Assembly (NCBI GenBank): GCA_963765495.1
Contig: CAVXWP010000001.1
Location: forward strand, 1,184,001-1,248,000
Source: Blastocatellia bacterium
GTDB taxonomy: Bacteria; Acidobacteriota; Blastocatellia; UBA7656
DNA length: 64,000 nucleotides
Reading direction: 5' to 3'
The notes below the pieces were generated by a model, which saw only the letters and a list, made by a program, of their open reading frames with translations, was not told the origin of the DNA and made no database searches. Below are positions 58,678 to 64,000 of this stretch, in pieces (position 1 is the first letter of the stretch; the number at the start of each line of letters is the position of its first letter). The position numbers and the translations under genes are program-made.

Positions 58678-60440
58678 GCGGCTGGTTTCTCAAACAGGGC
58701 ATAGCGCGTGATGATACGCACTTGATGGCGATGGCCGATGCGATCACTCATCGCGGGCCGGATGATCGCGGTTATTTCTATGATCGCGAGCGCGGTGTCG
58801 CGTTTGCTCACAATCGCCTGAGCATCATTGACCTCTCGTCTGCCGGACATCAGCCTATGGCGAGCGAGGACGGACGCTTTATCCTGAGCTATAACGGCGA
58901 ACTGTACAACTTTCAGCAACTCCGGCGGGAACTGGAAGCGCTTGGCCACACATTTTATTCTCGCACCGACACCGAAGTCATACTGCGCAGCTTTATTCAA
59001 TGGGGCGAGGCGTCGGTCGAGCGATTCTGCGGAATGTTTGCCTTCGCGATCTGGGACGCCACAGACGGCAGGCTGTTTCTGGCGCGCGACCCGCTCGGGA
59101 TGAAGCCGCTCTATTATACGGCGCTGCCGGGCGATCAGGGGTTTGTCTTTGCTTCCGAGATAAAGGCGTTTCTCGCGCTCCCTGATTTCGAAGTCAGGAT
59201 GGGCCGCGATGCGCTACAACAGTTTCTCGAATTCGGCTACACGTTCGATGACCACGCAACTTTGCTTGAAGGAGTGTTCAAACTGCCGCCCGGCCACTCC
59301 CTTGAAGTCGTGAAGGGCGCGCCCCTTTCCCCCAGGTCGTTTTTCAATCCGCCGACCCCCGAATCGAGCGGGCGGAAAGACGAAAGAGAGCAGCAAACAG
59401 AGCTTTTTAACACGCTGTCGGAGGTTGTCGCGGAGCACCTTGTTGCCGATGTGCCGGTCGGTTTATTGCTGTCGGGCGGGCTGGATTCAAGCGTCACGGC
59501 GGCACTCGCCGCCCGGCATGCGCGCATCACTACCATAAGCATGGGATTTGCCGAATCGCAAATAGACGAGCGTTCCTTTGCCCGGGTAGTTGCCAATCAC
59601 ATCCGATCCGATCACCGCGAAATCACGATTCACCCGGAAGAGATCAGCAACGATATCGAAGATGTTGTCTGGTACTTTGATGACCTGTTTGCCGATTGGG
59701 GTACTGTCTCTACGCGGCTGATGTATAAAAAATGTCAGGAACAGGGAATCAAAGTTGTACTTGTCGGAGAAGGCTCGGATGAATTATTTGGCGGCTATAC
59801 GATTTTTGAAGCGGCGCAGCAAGTGAAGGGGCCTTTATCGTGGCGATTGTTCCAGCTTTACCGGCGTTATGCGGGCAGACGATACGGCGGTCAGTTCCGG
59901 CAATTTGCCTCGCTTATGCGGAAATATCTGCGGGCAAGCGGCGGCGATATGTTCCACGCTGTGCGTCTGTTCGAATCACGCAATCAGTTGCCGAATAATT
60001 ATGTGATGAAAGTGGATAAGGCCAGCATGTCGGTCAGCGTCGAAGCGCGCGCGCCGTTTCTGGATCGTCGCGTAGCAGAATTTGCCTATCGCACGCCCGC
60101 AAACTTGCTGCTGTCGAACGGGGATAACAAGTCTTTGCTGCGCTCGATGGCCGAACGATACGAATTACTGCCGCGAGAGATCACTCGTCGCCCCAAGTTC
60201 GGAGCGTCAATTGCGGCTTCGTGGATGGATGAGTCCGAGCAGTTTCGCCAGTATGCTCGGCAGGTGATACTCGACCGCGACGGATGGGTAGACGAACTGG
60301 GATTGCGCGGCGCGATGACCGATTATTTCGCGGGAAGGCGCAAGGGGTATCGCTTCCCCCGAGCGATCAGCATATTCAGCAACCTTGCCTGGCGATTGTT
60401 GTTGTTGAATCTCTGGTCGCGGCGTTATGTCGGCGCATAG
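58665..60440 (+). CDS. asnB: second asparagine synthetase-like amidotransferase
   Basis: 'MCGI', 'HRGPD', 'YNGELYN', 'LSGGLDS', 'GEGSDELFGGY', 'KVDKASM'. Confidence 0.88.
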   Translation: MCGISGWFLKQGIARDDTHLMAMADAITHRGPDDRGYFYDRERGVAFAHNRLSIIDLSSAGHQPMASEDGRFILSYNGELYNFQQLRRELEALGHTFYSRTDTEVILRSFIQWGEASVERFCGMFAFAIWDATDGRLFLARDPLGMKPLYYTALPGDQGFVFASEIKAFLALPDFEVRMGRDALQQFLEFGYTFDDHATLLEGVFKLPPGHSLEVVKGAPLSPRSFFNPPTPESSGRKDEREQQTELFNTLSEVVAEHLVADVPVGLLLSGGLDSSVTAALAARHARITTISMGFAESQIDERSFARVVANHIRSDHREITIHPEEISNDIEDVVWYFDDLFADWGTVSTRLMYKKCQEQGIKVVLVGEGSDELFGGYTIFEAAQQVKGPLSWRLFQLYRRYAGRRYGGQFRQFASLMRKYLRASGGDMFHAVRLFESRNQLPNNYVMKVDKASMSVSVEARAPFLDRRVAEFAYRTPANLLLSNGDNKSLLRSMAERYELLPREITRRPKFGASIAASWMDESEQFRQYARQVILDRDGWVDELGLRGAMTDYFAGRRKGYRFPRAISIFSNLAWRLLLLNLWSRRYVGA

Positions 60441-60452
60441 AATGCGAATCAA

Positions 60453-61422
60453 ATGAATAAGGGGCTGGTCACCACTATAATCCCGGTCCATAACCGGGCT
60501 TTGATGCTTGTCGAAGCCGTTGAGAGCGTGCTGGCTCAAACGCATCGTCCTATTGAGGTCATCATCGTTGATGACGGCTCTACGGATGATACGGCGGGTG
60601 TAGCCGATGATCTGGCCCTCGGGCATCCGGGTGAGATTCGAGTCATTCATCAATCCAACACGGGGCCGGGCCTTGCCAGAGAAGCCGGGCGACAATCGGC
60701 CACGGGTGAATTCCTTCAGTATTTGGATAGCGATGATCTATTATTGCCGAAAAAGTTTGAATTACAGGTTGCGGGATTGAGGGCGCATTCGGAGTGCGGG
60801 GTATCTTACGGAAAGACGCGCTATAGACATAGCGACGGCACGGTTGAAAATTCGCCGTGGAAAGGCTCCGGCGAAAGAGTCGAGACGATGTTTCCTTCAT
60901 TTCTGAAATGGCGATGGTGGGATACACCAACACCACTGTACAGGGCCAGCCTGTGCCGACAGGCAGGGCCCTGGACGGACTTGAACTCGAAGAGGACTGG
61001 GAATACGATTCCCGGATTGCTGCACAGGGAATGCTGAATTACATTACTGCGATGAATATGTGGCCGAGGTGCGCGACCACACAGAGCATCGTTGATGTAA
61101 GGGTAAGGCCCTTGACCCGATTCGCCTCGCTGAACGCGCCAGATCGCACGAGATGATTCTTTCCAATGCCCATCGAGCGGGAATCGGTGAATCCAGCCCT
61201 GAAATGCAGCACTTCGCGCGAGAGTTATTTTTGCTTTCGCGCCAGTGCGGCGCTGCCGGGCTTGAAGACGAATCGAGAAAGTTGTTTACACTCGCAAGAC
61301 AGGCTTCCGGCGCAACACGGGCAAAGGGCTGGGACTTCAAGCTCTATAAATCTCTGGCCTCTGTTACAGGATGGGCGCGCCTCGGGAAGATGGCCTGCCT
61401 CGCAGACAATTTAAGGAAATGA
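60453..61422 (+). pseudogene. GT2 glycosyltransferase disrupted by two frameshifts and one in-frame stop (or sequencing errors)
   Basis: GT2 N-terminus ('IIPVHN','DDGSTD','LDSDD') continues as 'LEEDWEYD' after a shift at ~60984 and as 'ELHYCDEYVAEVRDH' after ~61031; TGA at 61093-95; last frame ends 61422, overlapping the next ATG. Confidence 0.75.
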
Positions 61423-62348
61423 CCTCTATCCCGGATGTCTCAGTGGTGATGAGCGTCTATAACGGCGCTAAATATCTGAGCGAGAGCATTGAAAGCATCC
61501 TCTCTCAAAGAGGTGTGGCGCTGGAGTTTATAGTCGTTGATGATGGTTCGACCGATGAATCCGGGCGTATCGTGCAAGAGTATTCGCGTAAAGATGATCG
61601 GGTTAAATATTTTCATCAGGGCAATCAGGGGCTGACAAAGGCATTGATCAAAGGCTGTGATTCGGCGCAGGGGAAATACATTGCGCGTCAGGATGTCGGT
61701 GACATCTCTCTGCCCGATAGATTGATAAAACAACTGGATTGTATAAATCGGAATCCCGGCTCCGCATTTGTGTCCTGCGGAACTCGTTTTGTCGGGCCGC
61801 AAGGCGAGGTTCTTTATGATGTTATTCAAGACCCTGCGGAAGCGACCACCCGGTTACTCACTCTCAATTTGGATGAAATCAGAGGCCCATCCAGCCATCC
61901 TTCCACTATCTTTCCGCGACATTTGTATAAAAAAGCAGGGGGGTATCGTTCAGCCTTTTACTTCGCACAGGATCTGGATTTATGGGTTCGTCTGGCAGAG
62001 CGGGGAAGCCATGTCGTTATGCCGGAGGTTTTATATCAAGCCTCGGTTACCGTGGGGTCGATAAGCGGCCTGCATAGAAAAGAGCAGATCGAGTTGACCA
62101 GAATTATTTTTGAATGCGCCAGGCTGCGACGTGACGGCTTGAATGAAGCGCATGAACTTGAAAAAGCGCGGCTAATCAAACCCAACCCCGATCAAATTAA
62201 TGGCCGTCTTGCTCGCGCTAAGGCGCTTTATTTTATCGGGGCGTGTCTGAAAAACCGTCGCAACCCGCAAGCGTCGGGCTATTTTAAGCAAGCCCTGCGA
62301 GTTTGCCCCTGGCATATAAAATCGGCATTGCGTTTATTGTTGGGTTAG
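61419..62348 (+). CDS. GT2 family glycosyltransferase
   Basis: 'VSVVMSVYNG', 'DDGSTD', 'ARQDVGD', 'QDLDLW'; ATGA overlap with the upstream frame. Confidence 0.9.
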   Translation: MTSIPDVSVVMSVYNGAKYLSESIESILSQRGVALEFIVVDDGSTDESGRIVQEYSRKDDRVKYFHQGNQGLTKALIKGCDSAQGKYIARQDVGDISLPDRLIKQLDCINRNPGSAFVSCGTRFVGPQGEVLYDVIQDPAEATTRLLTLNLDEIRGPSSHPSTIFPRHLYKKAGGYRSAFYFAQDLDLWVRLAERGSHVVMPEVLYQASVTVGSISGLHRKEQIELTRIIFECARLRRDGLNEAHELEKARLIKPNPDQINGRLARAKALYFIGACLKNRRNPQASGYFKQALRVCPWHIKSALRLLLG

Positions 62349-62363
62349 GTCGGGTCTATTTGA

Positions 62364-63302
62364 ATGAGTAATCGTTTCGCATCCTCAGAAAAACGGTTCC
62401 GGGATATAACGGTTGTTATACCGACCTATCAGCGAGAGCAGGTGCTGATAGATACTGTCAATTACCTGCTCCGTCTTGAACCGGCCCCGGCAGAGATACT
62501 TCTCGTTGATCAGACATTGACGCACGACAGTTCGACGAGTCGGATTCTTTCATCGCTTGAAAAAAACAAGCAACTTCGCCGGATCAAATTATCAAGTCCC
62601 TCGATTACTCACGCGATGAATATCGGCCTGAACGAATCCACGTGCGACATAGTGCTGTTTCTGGACGACGACATTATTCCCGGCGCGAATCTGATAGCGG
62701 CGCACGCAAAAGCCCACTCACAAGTGGGGTGTGATATTGTCGCGGGACAGGTATTGCAGCCCGGAGAGGAGCCTTTGACCGAAGGCGAGGAATCGGGGCC
62801 GTTTCGCTTTCGGTCTGGACATCGCCAATATATCTCGGAATTGATGGGCGGTAATTTTTCTATCAAGCGGAGCCTCGCGCTGAAGCTTGGAGGATTCGAT
62901 GAGAACTTCGTCCACGTCGCATATCGCTTCGAAGCCGAATTTGCCGGTCGGGTAATTGCCGCCGGAGAGAAGATTTTATTCGAGCCCGAAGCGAGCATAC
63001 ATCATCTGAAAGCGAGCCGTGGAGGTACGCGCTCATACGGCCATCACCTGACGACGATACGCCCGAGCCATGCGGTGGGTGAGTATTATTATCTGCTTCG
63101 CTCGAAAGGAACCCCGCATCGTCTGCTCAAGTTTCTGGCTCGGCCATTGAGGACCATAAGAACCAGACACCATCTGAGCCATCCGTGGTGGATACCTTTG
63201 ACGCTGATCGCAGAGATGATGGGCTTGATCTGGGCGATATGGCTTGCGTTGCGCGGGCCTCGATTGATCCCTGTCAGTATGAAATCCGCCGAACAACCAT
63301 GA
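62364..63302 (+). CDS. GT2 family glycosyltransferase
   Basis: 'VVIPTYQR', 'FLDDD', 'GGNFS', 'GGFDENF'. Confidence 0.9.
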   Translation: MSNRFASSEKRFRDITVVIPTYQREQVLIDTVNYLLRLEPAPAEILLVDQTLTHDSSTSRILSSLEKNKQLRRIKLSSPSITHAMNIGLNESTCDIVLFLDDDIIPGANLIAAHAKAHSQVGCDIVAGQVLQPGEEPLTEGEESGPFRFRSGHRQYISELMGGNFSIKRSLALKLGGFDENFVHVAYRFEAEFAGRVIAAGEKILFEPEASIHHLKASRGGTRSYGHHLTTIRPSHAVGEYYYLLRSKGTPHRLLKFLARPLRTIRTRHHLSHPWWIPLTLIAEMMGLIWAIWLALRGPRLIPVSMKSAEQP

Positions 63303-64000
63303 GCGAGTACGAGATTTATTCCATCATCGCTGTTGCCCTGATGATCTGTTTTGCAAACTGGCGGGCGGGTGTATATATCTCGCTTGTAGCGGGGTTTCTA
63401 CAGGACCCGATACGCAAAGTGGTGCCGGGCGAGCCTGTCTATTTCACGGTGCTTGCCGGAATCTTTGTCGGGGTGACTTTCCTCGGCGCATACTCGCGCG
63501 GCGTCCGGCTAAACTTTCGCGCTATTCACGCCTGGAACAGCGTCATTCGAACGCCCCTGAAAGTCTTTGTCGCGTTCGTAGTGATTCAAAGCCTCATGGC
63601 TTATTTCAGGACCGGCAGCATCATACTTGCAGGTATCGGTTTGCTTGCTTATCTGACGCCTTTCCCGGCCATTCTGCTTGCCTATCAATTCAGTCGGAAT
63701 GAGCAGGATGTGATCAAATTTGTGCGGGTCTATCTGGCTATATCTCTGTTGATGATTTCAGGGATATACCTTTCATATCTGGGATATGACTGGCCGACAT
63801 TGCATACGGTGGGAAATGACCTGATCGCATATCTGCCTTCGATAGGTCGTCTGAAACTCTACTCCGGGTTCTTTAGAGCGCCTGAGGTTGCGGCCTGGCA
63901 CGCGGGCACGGCTGTCTGTGTGGTGATCCTGATGGTCCTGGCGATTCAGGGACACATATTTATAAAGCTGGCGATTGGTCTGCTGGTGCCATTTCTTAGT
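63299..64000 (+). CDS. membrane protein, possible Wzy-type polymerase; 3'-truncated by window end
   Basis: ATGA overlap at 63299; open hydrophobic frame 'MSEYEIYSII...GFLQDPIRKVVPGEP...' to the end; absent from the ORF track because it has no stop. Confidence 0.7.
   Translation, partial: MSEYEIYSIIAVALMICFANWRAGVYISLVAGFLQDPIRKVVPGEPVYFTVLAGIFVGVTFLGAYSRGVRLNFRAIHAWNSVIRTPLKVFVAFVVIQSLMAYFRTGSIILAGIGLLAYLTPFPAILLAYQFSRNEQDVIKFVRVYLAISLLMISGIYLSYLGYDWPTLHTVGNDLIAYLPSIGRLKLYSGFFRAPEVAAWHAGTAVCVVILMVLAIQGHIFIKLAIGLLVPFLS

Noticed and set aside
34419-60440. Lasso peptide cluster (RRE + asparagine-synthetase homologs + nucleotidyltransferase)
   Set aside because: Both AsnB proteins keep the N-terminal catalytic Cys (MCG) and full glutaminase motifs and sit among glycosyltransferases; there is no B2 transglutaminase-like protease and no YxxP...T-x-G precursor.
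61093-61095. Selenocysteine or programmed readthrough at the in-frame TGA of the broken GT2
   Set aside because: Accompanied by two nearby frameshifts, and GT2 enzymes are not known selenoproteins; decay or sequencing error is simpler.

Overview
A 64-kb bacterial chromosome segment. The gene content (Ser/Thr kinase-TolB/PD40 fusion, tandem MacB-like permeases, an M48 peptidase with a PTLKR tail, bshC) suggests Acidobacteriota, probably Blastocatellia; this is inference. The left half (1-31 kb) holds housekeeping and envelope genes: purF, purD, purE, glnA, hisI, bshC, a CpxRA-like two-component system, an HD-GYP/GAF/GGDEF protein and secreted proteases/dioxygenase. The right half (35.7-64 kb) is a large surface-polysaccharide locus: rmlC, rmlA, a WbpE-like aminotransferase, an O-antigen ligase, wza, wzc, wzm/wzt, two asnB-like amidotransferases and many glycosyltransferases. 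It is divergently linked to a two-gene unit encoding a PqqD/RRE-fused, twin-arginine, 6-Cys peptide and a gingipain-like C25 peptidase. Main observations: (1) the RRE-leader-Cys6 precursor plus C25 peptidase plus nucleotidyltransferase beside the glycan locus, possibly a new peptide-processing or protein-to-glycan anchoring system; (2) two paralogous ~350-nt structured leaders sharing a 37-nt motif exactly 99 nt upstream of rmlC and of the aminotransferase gene; (3) a shared Lys-rich C-terminal domain on two unrelated secreted enzymes; (4) two identical 144-bp MITEs with 19-bp TIRs and 9-bp TSDs; (5) many intergenic palindromes built from different 7-9-nt tandem units. No rRNA, tRNA or CRISPR array was seen. 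All family calls come from motif recognition by eye, with no database searches.
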